Positions 19,569-29,750 of a DNA stretch of 64,000 nucleotides are shown here, in pieces (positions within the stretch are counted from its first letter, which is position 1; each line of letters opens with the position of its first letter). The notes under the pieces are model-generated. The model was not told the origin of the DNA, did no database searches, and was given only the letters and a program-made list of their open reading frames with translations. The stretch is from Patescibacteria group bacterium (lineage in GTDB: Bacteria; Patescibacteriota; UBA1384; XYA2-FULL-43-10; 1-14-0-10-43-13): the NCBI GenBank assembly GCA_041649155.1, contig JBAZNP010000001.1, positions 67,581 to 131,580 of the forward strand, read 5' to 3'. The position numbers and the translations under genes are program-made.

Positions 19569-19925
19569 ATGAAAAAAAATCTGGTAAGCTTGCTACTCTT
19601 GCTCGTCATAGTTATTGGGGTTGGCGCGTTAGCTGTATCCGGCATAGCTCTTTCCCAGAAATCTCCACAGCAAAATCAAACTGTTTCACCGCAACAATAT
19701 CTGAAAGATCAGGCTCAAATGATGACTGATAGTGGTTCAATGATGCAGGACATGGCTAAAACAATGACAGAAAACGGCAGTTTAATGCAACAAAAAGGCT
19801 CCCAGTATCAGGATTCTGAATTAAAGAATAAAGGAGACGAAATGATAACTGACGCCCAAAAAATGCAGGATGAAGCTACAAATATGTTGAATTCAGGTCA
19901 GGAATTTTCAAATAAAATACAATAA
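19569..19925 (+). CDS. Secreted/anchored Met/Gln-rich helical protein
   Basis: RBS GGAGG, signal-like N-terminus; terminator hairpin near 19945-19972. Confidence 0.75.
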   Translation: MKKNLVSLLLLLVIVIGVGALAVSGIALSQKSPQQNQTVSPQQYLKDQAQMMTDSGSMMQDMAKTMTENGSLMQQKGSQYQDSELKNKGDEMITDAQKMQDEATNMLNSGQEFSNKIQ

Positions 19926-20051
19926 AAAAAATTATTGAATAATTTAAAAAGAGCCTCCTAGAGGCTCTTTTTAAATGCACAGGATTGATATTTTTATAAA
20001 AAGTGATATTATCATAATAAGCATCAGCTACCATACAAGGAGGAACAGGAT

Positions 20052-20399
20052 ATGCTAATGTTTTTTGTAATGTTATGGATATTCGGCATTGTCGTCGTGT
20101 TTGATGGAGCAAGGCACATTGATGATAAAGTAAGGAGCGTCAATGATGAACCAGATGCTGACAGAATCTGGCGAATAATTGAATTTTGCCTTGGATCGAT
20201 CATTGCACTAGCAGGCAATATTAGTGTCTGCATATGCATTACAATTTCGATGAAACTATCGACATTGTTAGCAGTTATACTTGGAATAGTGTTTACGCTA
20301 TTCGGAATCGTTTTGTCCTTTTGTATTATCGCGATCATGGTCTTCATGCTCTCTTGCTTCAATCTTACACCAAGAAAAAAAGCAGGCACACCTGCCTAA
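20052..20399 (+). CDS. Hypothetical membrane protein
   Basis: RBS AGGAGG, three hydrophobic segments. Confidence 0.6.
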   Translation: MLMFFVMLWIFGIVVVFDGARHIDDKVRSVNDEPDADRIWRIIEFCLGSIIALAGNISVCICITISMKLSTLLAVILGIVFTLFGIVLSFCIIAIMVFMLSCFNLTPRKKAGTPA

Positions 20400-20650
20400 A
20401 ACAAATTCCCTCGCTTTCCCAATGAAAGTATTGCAACGCTGGCCAACTCTTGTTTGGCCAGCAGTTTTTTATATGACAATCATTTTTTGTAACTTTTTCT
20501 TTCTAATATTCAAGAAGAATTGTTCTTAATCAAAATTATATAGCAAAAGACGTTAAGAAAGGATTAAGAAAATTTTGACTACGATAAAATTGACTTTGTT
20601 GTGATTTTTAGGTATTATTTTACTGTTATTTTCAAGTAAGAAAATTTTGT

Positions 20651-20727
20651 CGGGGAGTGGCTCAGTTGGCTAGAGCACCGCGTTTGGGACGCGGGGGTCG
20701 GAGGTTCGAGTCCTCTCTCCCCGACCA
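20651..20727 (+). tRNA. tRNA-Pro(TGG)
   Basis: Cloverleaf, CCA. Confidence 0.95.
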
Positions 20728-20728
20728 T

Positions 20729-20803
20729 GCGGGTATCGTATAATGGTTATTATGCCTGCTTTCCAAGCAGGACATAGGGGTCCGATTCCCCTTACCCGCT
20801 CCA
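20729..20803 (+). tRNA. tRNA-Gly(TCC)
   Basis: Cloverleaf, CCA; T-loop TCCGATT. Confidence 0.92.
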
Positions 20804-20804
20804 T

Positions 20805-20837
20805 AAAAAATAACCATCGAAAGATGGTTATTTTTTA
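20805..20837. terminator. Bidirectional intrinsic terminator
   Basis: AAAAAATAACCATC-GAAA-GATGGTTATTTTTT. Confidence 0.85.
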
Positions 20838-20852
20838 TTGAAATATTTACTT

Positions 20853-21584
20853 CTATTTATACTTCCCTGCTAATAAATTTTTCTTTACCTGCTTAGCGTC
20901 TTTTATCATACGGAGACCGTCCTTGATTGGATTGACGGTTGAATGTGGATCATCATACCATGTAATACCGCACTCTTTAATCCAAAATTTAAGATTTTTA
21001 GCAATAGCCAGAAGTTCAATATCAAAGGAAAAACGGTCAAATGTCTGCCTTTTAAAGATTTCTTCTGCTACCTTCGCTTTAAAAAGTTTAAAACCGCATT
21101 GAGTATCTTTAATCCCCGGAGCAGCCAAAGACTGGATTATGTGATTCAACACTCTGCTACCAAGAACACGATAAAAAGGCTGCGGCCTGGCCAACTTGCC
21201 ACCATCGTTATATCTTGAACCAATTACAACATCATACGTTTCACCATCTTTCAAGAGCTTATCAACTTGATGAAGCGGCGTTGAATTATCGGCGTCAGTG
21301 AAAAGAATAAATTCACCTTGTGCCGCAAGCACTCCCTCTTTAACACTATATCCCTTACCTTTGTTCTCTTTTCTGTCAATTACCTTGAAATTATTTATCT
21401 TTCCTTCATATTTTTTAGCTGCCAGAGCAGTATCATCGGGAGACCCGTCAACAACAACAATTGTCTCAGTCGCAAAATCATGATTGTCCTGATATTTAAT
21501 AACCGCATCAAGAATTTTGTGAATTCTATCCTCTTCTTTATAAGCCGGAATTACTATCGATAAATGTATTTTTCCTGTTGTCAT
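20853..21584 (-). CDS. GT2 polyprenol-phosphate glycosyltransferase (DPM/DPG synthase-like)
   Basis: SIVIPAY.E, DGSPD, GKG, FTDAD, DTQCGFK. Confidence 0.92.
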   Translation of the reverse strand: MTTGKIHLSIVIPAYKEEDRIHKILDAVIKYQDNHDFATETIVVVDGSPDDTALAAKKYEGKINNFKVIDRKENKGKGYSVKEGVLAAQGEFILFTDADNSTPLHQVDKLLKDGETYDVVIGSRYNDGGKLARPQPFYRVLGSRVLNHIIQSLAAPGIKDTQCGFKLFKAKVAEEIFKRQTFDRFSFDIELLAIAKNLKFWIKECGITWYDDPHSTVNPIKDGLRMIKDAKQVKKNLLAGKYK

Positions 21585-23425
21585 AATTCCACCTGTATTT
21601 CTTCCTGATCAAGACTACCCGCAGAATCAATGGTTGTTATTGGATAAGGAGAAACTGGAGGATGATTTATGAGATCCTGAGAAGTAATATGGAATACCAA
21701 GATTGAGCCCCCAATCTCAGCTTCCGGCTTATAAGTGTCCAGCCAACCATACGACCACTTCCCCTCTTTCTCGCCATATAATTTGGATGATTGATAAAAA
21801 GTTGCCGAAACTGCAATCCAGCCGGTTGTCGGACCATAGGAACTATGCCAAGGAATTTGTTGTGGAATATAGTAGCTGGGAACAGAACCGCCAAAATAGT
21901 CAACTTTAATCTGTTTAATATCATTATCGTCGACATATTTTTTCAGACGTAATAAATCCTGACCCCAGTCGAGCGAAGAATCGACTAAATAATTATATCT
22001 TTGATCGCGTGGAACAAATTCATTAAAGTATCCAATATAATTTGGGAAGTAAGACAGAGTTGAATACGCCATGAACAAGACTAATATTCCAACTACATAT
22101 TTTGGTATTTTATTCTTTGAACTAAAGAGCAAATGTAAGAAGTATCCAATAATAAGCAGAACAAATGGAACAGTCGGCATTAAGTGGCGGATTCCGATGT
22201 TCAATGAACCTCTCATTGTAATAGCCCAATAAACCAGCCAAGGCATTAACAATACACTCAAAACCCAAAACTTCTCTTTGCTTTTCCAAAATTTACTCCA
22301 GATAATTCCGATTACCGACCAGACAGACAAGATAATGATAGTAATCGGGGTTTTGACCAACCAGGCAAATGGAAAAAACCATGAAATCGACTTGTCCGAC
22401 AAGTGCCCAAGCGCAAATGTTGCATTACCACCAGCTACTCGAGCAAAGACAAGCATGACACCAAGGAGATAGTGGCCAATGGCACGAGTAAACGGATTCC
22501 CTTCTAATCCATGTAGAAAATTACGAAGCGGCAAAGTTCTAGCATCCTCTGTCAGATTTCTAGTAATCACTTCATGTTCAATGTTAACTGGAGTTTTCCA
22601 GACAAACGGAAGATAAACCAACCAGACAACGCCAAGAGAGATTAAACAAGTCCAAAAGTATATCTTGAAATTTACCCAAAGCGCCGACCGAAATCCTTTT
22701 TCCTTTCGATCCAGAATTGCTCGAATTAAAACCAAGGCCAGAAATACGCCAAAAAGCAAAAAGGATGAGAATTTTAATAGTTGTGCTATACCAAAGGCAA
22801 TTCCAGCAAAAATAGTCGATTTTGTAGTTTTATTGCGAATTGCCCTGTCAAAATAATATGAGGCCAAGACAAAACCAAAAGCTGCGGCCACATCTGTTGT
22901 AACAAGCCGTCCATGAGCTATTACATCGGGATAAAGCGCATATAGCAAAAGAACAACCAGGCCAACCTTTCGTCCAAAAAGCTCCGCCGCCCATTTATAT
23001 ATGAGTAATCCCAATCCGATCATTAGGAGCATCATCGGAAGACGGGACCAGAGAAGTATATGAGCAGGATTGTTGCCAGCTTCATAGAGCATATACCAGC
23101 CAGCTTCCCACTGATTTATACCATCCCAGCTCCAATCATCCTTTATGCCTTTAATACCACTTTGAAGTGCCAATGGTAGTCCGGCAAGAGCCTTTGCCAA
23201 CGGCGGATGCTCTGGATTCATACGGTAGTCCATATATTTATCATATGAATATCCAGCCGGAATATGAGCAATCTCATCAACTATGCCTGAGTCCCCCGGA
23301 TCACCAAAAATACCTTTTGATGAAAAAAGGGCGATCAGGAACATCATGAGCATTATTAGACCGACTAGGACACCAGAATAAATCTTTTTCTCCCTAAGAG
23401 AAAAATCTTTTTTGAAGAAATTCAT
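21581..23425 (-). CDS. GT-C membrane glycosyltransferase (ArnT/PMT-like)
   Basis: DE..H, NPEHPPL, many TMs, DSSLDWGQD. Confidence 0.85.
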   Translation of the reverse strand: MNFFKKDFSLREKKIYSGVLVGLIMLMMFLIALFSSKGIFGDPGDSGIVDEIAHIPAGYSYDKYMDYRMNPEHPPLAKALAGLPLALQSGIKGIKDDWSWDGINQWEAGWYMLYEAGNNPAHILLWSRLPMMLLMIGLGLLIYKWAAELFGRKVGLVVLLLYALYPDVIAHGRLVTTDVAAAFGFVLASYYFDRAIRNKTTKSTIFAGIAFGIAQLLKFSSFLLFGVFLALVLIRAILDRKEKGFRSALWVNFKIYFWTCLISLGVVWLVYLPFVWKTPVNIEHEVITRNLTEDARTLPLRNFLHGLEGNPFTRAIGHYLLGVMLVFARVAGGNATFALGHLSDKSISWFFPFAWLVKTPITIIILSVWSVIGIIWSKFWKSKEKFWVLSVLLMPWLVYWAITMRGSLNIGIRHLMPTVPFVLLIIGYFLHLLFSSKNKIPKYVVGILVLFMAYSTLSYFPNYIGYFNEFVPRDQRYNYLVDSSLDWGQDLLRLKKYVDDNDIKQIKVDYFGGSVPSYYIPQQIPWHSSYGPTTGWIAVSATFYQSSKLYGEKEGKWSYGWLDTYKPEAEIGGSILVFHITSQDLINHPPVSPYPITTIDSAGSLDQEEIQVEL

Positions 23426-23431
23426 TTTGTT

Positions 23432-24958
23432 TTACTCCGATATATCGGAGCCCTCCATTGTAAAAGACCTTTTTGTTGATTTCTTAGTAACCCTGAACAC
23501 TTCTAAATATCTACCAAACATTAAACGTGTTTGTGATTCCAACGCCGGCAGAGAAGAGAAGAAAATATTCGAAAACGGCATGATAATCGGGGTTAATATC
23601 CAATCCAGTGCAATTCTTCTGAAAGGCTTTTTTCCTTTACGAGGTGGAACCAAAAGAGTGGAGAGTGTTAAAGTTGTAATCATTCCTGTCCAAGCGATTC
23701 CTGCCAACCATGAATATATTGTGGGAAAGTTGAAAGCCAGAACTGTTTCTCTAAAATCAGGATTTAGTGCCAATGGCAGCCATGAAGATGTAGCCAAAAT
23801 AATAGAGGTAGTTGACCATGAAATATGAGATTCCCAAAGAATTAAAGCATTGGACCAACGATCAATAAACGGAATATTTTTATTGCCGATTGTATGCTCC
23901 ATTACATAAGCGATGTCTGATACACCCCACGACCAACGTCTTTTTTGTAAATATTGCTCGTACAATGTCTCTTTTAGATTATCTCCCAAAACCGCATCTT
24001 GGTAAATAGGTGTATACATCGGGATCACTTCATGAAGTCCATTAAACTTAAAATAAGTTCTCCAGAACTGATGCCCGTCTTCAACAATCGTTTTAGTAGA
24101 CCAGAATTCAACCTTAACCAACGCCTCCAAACTTTGTGCGTGAGCAGAAAAGTTCCTCAAACGCGACGGCCTTGTTGCAACAACAAGTTGCCAGAAAGAG
24201 GAACCCATTGCGATTAGCCTCATGGGCATTGGCACGTCCCAAATATTATTAAAATACATTGGAAGAGGCTGAAAACTTTTGTGCACAGGATCGGCATCTG
24301 AAATATATTTATAGGTCAAACAAGCAAGATATCTTCGATCCAGACGGTTATCTGAATCCATAGTAGTTACAATCACATTTTCAAAAGGAATATTTTTCTT
24401 TTGAAAATACGGAACCATCTGTTTTCCAGCATGAGTGATATTCGGTCCCTTACCAATGACTTCTCCAGGAATATCTTTCGGATGCATTATTGTAATGAAA
24501 TCATGAAGTTTGCCCGCATATTTTTTGTGAAGAGTCCTGCTAATATTCTCAGCATTTTCCTTGTCCCGCTCCTCAATAGCAAGAACAAAAATAATTTTAT
24601 CTAGCGGATAAGCTGAATTAATTACAGACTCGACTGAAAATTCCAAAATACTTATGTCTTCTTTGTAAGTCGGCACGATAATAAGGTGGTAAATTTCTTT
24701 CCATGCATTAGCAGGAGCAAGTTCATCCAACTTTTTCAACCAGTCGATCTTGGTGTCTTGCTTGTAATTTTTATATCCCAATATAAGACGATAAGACATA
24801 AAAAATATCTTGGTCAGCCAATAGCAAAGAAAAAAGATCATAAAGATTGCAAGTGATCTTGGATACCATATTGAAAGTGCAACAGGAAAAAGAATAATGA
24901 ACCAGACTATTGCGCCCGGAAGAATTTCGAACAACCTTTTATATTTCCAATGTGTCAT
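23432..24958 (-). CDS. Membrane GT2 glycosyltransferase
   Basis: VPTYKE, DSD, VED, QKRRW. Confidence 0.88.
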   Translation of the reverse strand: MTHWKYKRLFEILPGAIVWFIILFPVALSIWYPRSLAIFMIFFLCYWLTKIFFMSYRLILGYKNYKQDTKIDWLKKLDELAPANAWKEIYHLIIVPTYKEDISILEFSVESVINSAYPLDKIIFVLAIEERDKENAENISRTLHKKYAGKLHDFITIMHPKDIPGEVIGKGPNITHAGKQMVPYFQKKNIPFENVIVTTMDSDNRLDRRYLACLTYKYISDADPVHKSFQPLPMYFNNIWDVPMPMRLIAMGSSFWQLVVATRPSRLRNFSAHAQSLEALVKVEFWSTKTIVEDGHQFWRTYFKFNGLHEVIPMYTPIYQDAVLGDNLKETLYEQYLQKRRWSWGVSDIAYVMEHTIGNKNIPFIDRWSNALILWESHISWSTTSIILATSSWLPLALNPDFRETVLAFNFPTIYSWLAGIAWTGMITTLTLSTLLVPPRKGKKPFRRIALDWILTPIIMPFSNIFFSSLPALESQTRLMFGRYLEVFRVTKKSTKRSFTMEGSDISE

Positions 24959-24974
24959 GTTATGTAATCACCCA

Positions 24975-25026
24975 CTGTCATCCCGAGCCCCCTCTACTGT
25001 CATCCCGAGCGTTAGTCGGGGGATCT
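24975..25026. repeat. TGTCATCCCGAGC palindromic-element copies
   Basis: Two tandem CTGTCATCCCGAGC units; related to the ends of elements at 32, 9074 and 55349. Confidence 0.6.
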
Positions 25027-25359
25027 TTACGAATTTATTAAATAAAATATTTCCAAAATAAATATTAATGTTGAGACACCAATACTGGCCGATAACAGCA
25101 AATAACTAATTTCCTTTTCCTTATCATAAGAAAATAGTCCCAAAGTAGTATTTATTAATAATACTATCACTAAATAGCGCAACGGGTAAATGCCCAAGCG
25201 TTCATATAAGAATAATTCTCTCTTAGCTAATATATATTTCCATATTATTGTGTCAGTTAAAACCAAAATAATAGTACCTGATACAAGGCACAGGTTCACA
25301 TGGTCGTCAAATAATGCTTTTTTAATCGCCCCGAAGCCATCTGCAAAATAATTTTTCAC
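25027..25359 (-). CDS. Hypothetical 3-TM protein
   Basis: GTG start after GGGG RBS; hydrophobic segments. Confidence 0.7.
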   Translation of the reverse strand: MKNYFADGFGAIKKALFDDHVNLCLVSGTIILVLTDTIIWKYILAKRELFLYERLGIYPLRYLVIVLLINTTLGLFSYDKEKEISYLLLSASIGVSTLIFILEIFYLINS

Positions 25360-25382
25360 TACAACCCCCTGTACTTAATATT

Positions 25383-25458
25383 TGGAGCCGATGAGAGGAT
25401 TTGAACCTCCGACCTCTTCTTTACGAAAGAATTGCTCTACCAGCTGAGCTACATCGGC
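25383..25458 (-). tRNA. tRNA-Thr(CGT)
   Basis: Cloverleaf on minus strand, CCA. Confidence 0.92.
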
Positions 25459-25459
25459 A

Positions 25460-25533
25460 TGGAGCGGGTAACGGGAATCGAACCCGTGACTCATCCTTGG
25501 GAAGGACGCATTTTACCACTAAACCATACCCGC
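25460..25533 (-). tRNA. tRNA-Gly(CCC)
   Basis: Cloverleaf on minus strand, CCA. Confidence 0.93.
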
Positions 25534-25680
25534 AATACAAGATTCAATCTATCATTTCCAGCTCAAAAAGACAATAAAATGAGTCTGAATCCGAGCTTTT
25601 ACTATTGACTTTTCCATTGTTTTGTGATATTATATTAAACATACTGAGGGAAAGGTGGTTGATATTAAAGGAGATTAATT

Positions 25681-25857
25681 ATGATCAAACTGATAATATC
25701 AATCATTTCAGTATCACTAATGATAGACGCCAAAGTCCTGAACAGAATAATGGCGCACTCCGCGACTCCCGAGCTCGCTCCCGTTGTAGCAGGCACGTTC
25801 CTGCTCGGACTGGCCGGAGCTGTAATAAGTATTCCTTCCTTGCTTCAAAGCAGGTAA
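25681..25857 (+). CDS. Small 58-aa hydrophobic protein (not in ORF track)
   Basis: RBS AAGGAG; MIKLIISIISVSLMID...VVAGTFLLGLAGAVISIPSLLQSR*; hairpin downstream. Confidence 0.55.
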   Translation: MIKLIISIISVSLMIDAKVLNRIMAHSATPELAPVVAGTFLLGLAGAVISIPSLLQSR

Positions 25858-26159
25858 ACAGAGCACTGGTCGGTCTTGCATTTCAATGTGAGACCGACCC
25901 AACCTTGAGCCCCCATCCGCCAGTCGGTAGTTCGAGGCTTGAGCGTTGAAAAATGTTCTTCTCCTTATTAAGGAGAAGTTAGATGAGGTAAAATTATCAT
26001 TCCCAATATCTCCCGCGAGTCAAAGCTAGAAGTAAGTTATTAAACTAAGTACTCAAAGCTTATCGCTAGCTTGACTCACAGGAAATAGTTTTTCCATGAT
26101 GAGAAGCCTACTGACTAAAGTCAGAGGCGCGGCTAATACCCGCAAGAGGATAAGGGAGA

Positions 26160-26786
26160 ATGCTTCGTCTGATTAAAGTTATTGGATTAAGTTTGGGCTT
26201 CATGGTCGTTGTCTGCGGCCTTTTCGCCGTAGCGGCTCGCGCCGACACCAACGACCCAGTCGGCTGGAAAGTAGTTTTCAGCCTCAGTTGTTCCTCTGGA
26301 ACAGTTGAATTCGGGGCCAATGACGCCGGCTCTGGCTATGCAAGAGGATTTGTAGACGGTCCAGTAAGGATGGACCGTGAAGCTGGATATACCAGCATCA
26401 TCCATCTTGGGGCAAACACAATATTTCAAGAAAATCTGATAATCGAGCCCCAGGCAAACGCTCCGGACAGTTTTATCCTAAGTTGGACAACCTTCAACTG
26501 GGACAAGGATTGGTTGTATCGGCCCGGAAATATCGGTCGGTCGATTTACGGCCGACTGCCGATACCTGGAGAAGCTGAGCGATGGCTTGATCTGTCCAAA
26601 TCCGGAAGCACAACTCTTGGCAGCAGCAACCAGTGGTATCACTACGCAAATGGCGATCCGCTGCTTCAGATGCCAATTTTCGCCAATCAGGCTGTTCCCG
26701 AGCCTAGCAGCATTTTTGCCTTAGGCGGCGGATTTGGAGCTATGCTCCTTCGCCGCTATCGTTTCAGAGCTTGGTCTAGAAAATAG
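26160..26786 (+). CDS. PEP-CTERM sorting-domain exported protein
   Basis: Signal peptide (AARA|D); C-terminal VPEPSS + hydrophobic stretch + RRYR. Confidence 0.85.
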   Translation: MLRLIKVIGLSLGFMVVVCGLFAVAARADTNDPVGWKVVFSLSCSSGTVEFGANDAGSGYARGFVDGPVRMDREAGYTSIIHLGANTIFQENLIIEPQANAPDSFILSWTTFNWDKDWLYRPGNIGRSIYGRLPIPGEAERWLDLSKSGSTTLGSSNQWYHYANGDPLLQMPIFANQAVPEPSSIFALGGGFGAMLLRRYRFRAWSRK

Positions 26787-26801
26787 GACTAAGCCAAGAT
26801 C

Positions 26802-26832
26802 AAACGCCTACCCCGAAGGGGTGGGCGTTTTT
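26802..26832 (+). terminator. Intrinsic terminator
   Basis: AAACGCCTACCCC-GAA-GGGGTGGGCGTTTTT. Confidence 0.85.
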
Positions 26833-26876
26833 CTTATTGATTTTTTGATCAATAATTGTTATAATTCATTCATTGC

Positions 26877-26953
26877 GGGGTCGTAGTTCAGTTGGTTAGA
26901 ACGCCACACTGTCACTGTGGAGGTCGCCGGTTCGAGTCCGGTCGATCCCGCCA
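26877..26953 (+). tRNA. tRNA-Asp(GTC)
   Basis: Cloverleaf, CCA. Confidence 0.95.
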
Positions 26954-27057
26954 GTAAAAAACCGTTAGTGCATTGCAAATGTACTGGCGGTTTTTTATTG
27001 CTATTTTTGCAAATTATTGTTATACATGTAGCGAGATTAGCAAAGGGGGCATGTGAC

Positions 27058-27384
27058 ATGCTTACTGGAATTTTATACCGGCTATCGGGATTGATTTATG
27101 GCAAATACGTTTGCGTCCGTTGCGGTAAACAGTTTCCAAACAGGTTGATCAAAAAAGTGCTAAACCAATGGATTGCTGCAAAATGGCACGAAGATATGTC
27201 GACAACAGCCGGATCTGTTCATCGAGTCTGCCTCCAATGTTGCGAATTGGCCAAAAGTTGGGATGGCACAGAATCTGGATATGATCCAAAAAATGATCCG
27301 GCAGCCGGACTTGGTTTGGGTCCAATCGCATCCGATCTACTTAGAATGATCGAGGATGCTCAGGAAACTTTGAAAGGAAAGTAG
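27058..27384 (+). CDS. Hypothetical protein with two CxxC pairs (zinc-binding?)
   Basis: CVRC and CLQC; start moved past the tRNA to ATG 27058. Confidence 0.6.
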   Translation: MLTGILYRLSGLIYGKYVCVRCGKQFPNRLIKKVLNQWIAAKWHEDMSTTAGSVHRVCLQCCELAKSWDGTESGYDPKNDPAAGLGLGPIASDLLRMIEDAQETLKGK

Positions 27385-27586
27385 TGATGACATTGAAGCG
27401 GCGAATCATCAGCCAAAGACCGAACATCTGAGTTCGGTCTTTTTTTTATTAAACATGAACTTTTGGTCGATTGGACAAAAAAGCTTAAAAAATAGTTATT
27501 TTTTTATAGAAATAGCTAATAAAATATCATCTTTATTAAGAGATGATATTTTTGCCTGCGGGCGAATATGATACTGGAGGGAAAAA

Positions 27587-28444
27587 ATGAAAAAGAGCTT
27601 GATTTTGTGTTTGATCACAGTTGTAAGCGTGGGCATATTGGCACCCACTCCAATCAGAGCAAGTGAAGAAGGACGACGCAATGTTGCTTATCTGACAGGC
27701 GTATTGCTTGGCGGAGCGATTTACACCGGTAATCCATATGCAATCGGAGCAACAGGATCCGGAACGCTTTATTCCTTGAAACGATTGGGCGATGAAATCA
27801 ATAATCGCCACCAGCGGGAGAAATATTATCAGCCACAAGCCCGTCAACCTCAGAACTGTCCATCTCCATGCCAACAGCCAGCATATTGTCCTGCACAATA
27901 TCAACAAGTAGCATGCTGTCCGACTTGCGGTCAAAGTCAGACATACTCAAATTGCGGACCAAGAGGACAAAATTGTTCTGTCAACCAGCCTCCGCAGTAT
28001 GTCTATTACCCGACCACAGCTCAATGCAATAACTACGACAGTCGTGACCCTGACGAGTTAATTCCCAATACGGCTTCAGAGTCTTCGCATCAGAATTTCT
28101 CGGTTGGATACAATGGCAACAATCCAACATTTCGCTTCAATCGCTCAGGAGGGCAACGCACAAGCTATGTCCGCAGAGGAAACAAACAAAAACAATCGCA
28201 AAAAGCGCAAAAAGTGATAGTGGTCTATGTAGATGCTAATGGTTATCCGATACAGCAAAATGCCGGTTATCAGCCGCAACCAACATATCAACGTGACCCC
28301 GATCAGTTGGTTCCTGTCAGCGCTTCAGATTCATCTCATCAGAATTTCTCGGTTGGATACAACGGTAACAATCCAACATCTTACCTCAATCGTTCAGGCG
28401 GTCAACGCATAAGTTATGCTCGCAGAGGCAACTTAAGAAATTAA
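27587..28444 (+). CDS. Secreted Gln/Cys/Pro-rich protein with duplicated ~47-aa module
   Basis: RBS GGAGG, signal peptide, two RDPD..SSHQNFSVGYNGNNPT..NRSGGQR.SY.RRGN units. Confidence 0.8.
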   Translation: MKKSLILCLITVVSVGILAPTPIRASEEGRRNVAYLTGVLLGGAIYTGNPYAIGATGSGTLYSLKRLGDEINNRHQREKYYQPQARQPQNCPSPCQQPAYCPAQYQQVACCPTCGQSQTYSNCGPRGQNCSVNQPPQYVYYPTTAQCNNYDSRDPDELIPNTASESSHQNFSVGYNGNNPTFRFNRSGGQRTSYVRRGNKQKQSQKAQKVIVVYVDANGYPIQQNAGYQPQPTYQRDPDQLVPVSASDSSHQNFSVGYNGNNPTSYLNRSGGQRISYARRGNLRN

Positions 28445-28523
28445 TACGCAAACCGCCAACGAACTCAAATAGGCTCCGATATATCGGAGCCTATTCTTCA
28501 AGATTTAGCGCAAATATTAAATC

Positions 28524-29660
28524 TTACTTTTGTGACGAAGGCATAATCTTCCAGAAATTCATTCCCAGAATTCCCAATGAAAGTAAGAATAAGAGAACAA
28601 TTGTTACCCAACCGATTATTGGAACAAGACTAATCAAAGTAAGGGAAACCACTCCGACCAAGGCAGAAAGCCAGTCAACTTTGAGATCTTTATCCTTTTT
28701 AATTAGTTTAATAATGTAGCTTCCAGCAACCAGAGGAGACAAAAGCGTTGAAAGCAGTAATAACAATCCATAAATTAAGCAAACAATAATTGCCAGTTTT
28801 ATCCCAATTATAGTCACCATCAAGAATATGCTGGCAATCGGAACTATGATAATAGTAAGTAATCCCCAGCCAATTTTAGCCCAATAATTCTTAAACGCAC
28901 TTTCCACCACCGATTTGGCAGGCTTGGGAAACATTAACACTAGCACTAGCAGAGTTATAAATGATATCAAAATACTATAAATCACTTCTGTGGCTCGCAT
29001 TGACTTCCATACATGCTCGCCTGTGCTGATTTCTTTATAATCAACACTTCCGGTTATTGATGCGTTGGAAGATATATTTGCCTCATTTGGCGAAGAATAA
29101 GAAAGTTTGCCATTAATCTTTGCATTATCACCAATAGTTAAATCGCTCACGTTTTTTATGACAACGTCTCCGCTAATTTCGCCATTTATGGAGATTTTCT
29201 CACCGGAGGCATATACTTTGCCTTTAATGTTACCATTAATATTTACAAGGCTTCCGGCGATTATAAGATCGCCATCTATCTCGCTGTTTTTATCCAAATC
29301 AACAGAATTACCGGCAACTGTTAAATCCTGACCAATTTTTCCGCTCACAGAAACGCTTCCACCGGCTACTCTGGCATTTTTACCGATATCCCCTTTTATA
29401 TTCAACGTTCCGCCGGCAGCTAAAAGATCATCTTCGATCTTATTGTTAATAACTACTGTACTACCAGCTGCGACCAAGTCGCTTTTTATCTCTCCGTCAA
29501 CGTTAACCGTGTTGCCCGCAACATAGAGATTTTTTAAAACCTCATTCTTACCGATTACAACTGTGGCATCTGCCTCTTTTGAGCTTCTAAACTCGGCAGC
29601 AAACACCATCGTTGGTGCTAAAACTAGCAACCCAAGCAAAAGAACAAATAGCTTTTTCAT
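28524..29660 (-). CDS. Bactofilin/polymer-forming cytoskeletal-like beta-helix membrane protein
   Basis: Signal peptide, repeated (V/I).G.(I/V)..DL..AG, C-terminal TMs. Confidence 0.85.
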   Translation of the reverse strand: MKKLFVLLLGLLVLAPTMVFAAEFRSSKEADATVVIGKNEVLKNLYVAGNTVNVDGEIKSDLVAAGSTVVINNKIEDDLLAAGGTLNIKGDIGKNARVAGGSVSVSGKIGQDLTVAGNSVDLDKNSEIDGDLIIAGSLVNINGNIKGKVYASGEKISINGEISGDVVIKNVSDLTIGDNAKINGKLSYSSPNEANISSNASITGSVDYKEISTGEHVWKSMRATEVIYSILISFITLLVLVLMFPKPAKSVVESAFKNYWAKIGWGLLTIIIVPIASIFLMVTIIGIKLAIIVCLIYGLLLLLSTLLSPLVAGSYIIKLIKKDKDLKVDWLSALVGVVSLTLISLVPIIGWVTIVLLFLLSLGILGMNFWKIMPSSQK

Positions 29661-29750
29661 GATACTCCTTATGTCTATTTTTCTTTATTTTATGTTTTTT
29701 GGTTCAATAAAACAATGCTAAAGCTTATAAGCGCTAAAATGGTAAATTGA

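Noticed and set aside
25605-25949. 114-aa ORF from the track
   Set aside because: A different frame (25681..25857) has the RBS and a coherent hydrophobic product.
26859-27059. ORF 26859..27059 (-) and the 5' extension of 26917..27384
   Set aside because: Both run through tRNA-Asp.
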